A stretch of 63,859 nt of DNA, filler included, from Chiloscyllium plagiosum (lineage: Eukaryota): assembly GCF_004010195.1 (NCBI RefSeq). It is 5 parts of one record of this genome, joined end to end, with 100 filler letters (N's around TTAATTAATTAA, not from the genome) between each part and the next. Parts side by side here need not be neighbours in the genome. Positions count along the whole stretch, not along the records: positions 61,020 to 63,859 come from NC_057717.1; 4 more parts are not named here. One strand, given 5' to 3'. Position numbers and translations under genes: made by a program. Below are positions 63,185 through 63,859 of the stretch, in pieces (the stretch's first letter is position 1; the number at the start of each line of letters is the position of its first letter). The notes under the pieces are model-generated. The model saw only the letters and a program-made list of their open reading frames with translations, had not been told where the DNA came from and made no database searches.

Positions 63185-63545
63185 ACAATAGGTGCAGGAG
63201 TCGGCCATTCTGTCCTTCGAGACTGCACCACCATTCGATATGATCATGGCTGATCATCCTTAATCAATCTCCTATCCCTGCCTTATCTCCCCAACCCTTG
63301 ATTCCACTCTCGTTGAGAGCTCTATCCATTTTTTTTTCTTCAATGAATCCAGAGACTGGGCCTCCAATGCCCTCTGGGGCAGAGCATTCCACACAGGCAC
63401 CACTCTCTGAGTGAAGATGTTTCTCCTCATCTCTGTCCAAAATGGTCTATCCCGTATTTTTAAGCTGTGTCCTCTGGTTCAGCACTCACCCATCAGCGGA
63501 AACATGTTTCCTTCCTCCAGAGTGTCCAATCCTTTAATAACCCTT
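63185..63545 (-). mobile_element. CR1-type LINE 3' end
   Basis: Similar to the tail region at 22545-22880. Confidence 0.75.
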
Positions 63546-63802
63546 TATGTGTGTGGGAGTGTATTTGTTCACATTTTAGATTAAAAGTACCAGCAGCAAT
63601 TGTAATTTGAGTGGGAGCAGTCCTGCTGCTTTGTAACAGCAAGTTCATAGGGCAATAAAAGCTTTATCTCAAAAGCTGTGTTTTCTATTATGGTGCGAAT
63701 CGAATTCAAGAACTTAGGAAGTGAGATTGTTCAACCAACCAACCCCCTCACCCCCCAAAATCCCCTATAATTCTGGACGGCCTAGTGGTGGTGTCACTCA
63801 TC

Positions 63803-63859
63803 CACCTAACCGCACATCTTTGGACTGTGGGAGGAAACTGGAGCACCCAGAGGAAACAC
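63803..63859 (-). mobile_element. HE1-type SINE, partial (window edge)
   Basis: gcacatctttggactgtgggaggaaactggagcacccagaggaaa. Confidence 0.85.

Overview
Eukaryotic, repeat-dominated DNA from a cartilaginous fish; the HE1/V-SINE-type SINEs, HER1-like CR1 LINEs and Penelope termini suggest a shark (inference). Four identical 100-nt spacers (44 N + TTAATTAATTAA + 44 N) are artificial joins, splitting the window into five segments whose adjacency is unproven. Most sequence is decayed mobile elements: several CR1-clade families, Rex1/Babar, two Penelope-like families, Gypsy LTRs with a gag remnant, and SINEs, plus a 70-bp satellite. The only host-gene signal I can support is three same-strand paralogous first coding exons of a GPR139/GPR142-like GPCR (21071, 32075, ~55040). 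No 7TM second exon is visible anywhere. The highlights are these orphan variable first exons and short fold-back Penelope derivatives carrying minimal hammerhead ribozyme cores and 14-16 bp target-site duplications (TSDs). All alignments were made by eye and repeat boundaries are approximate.
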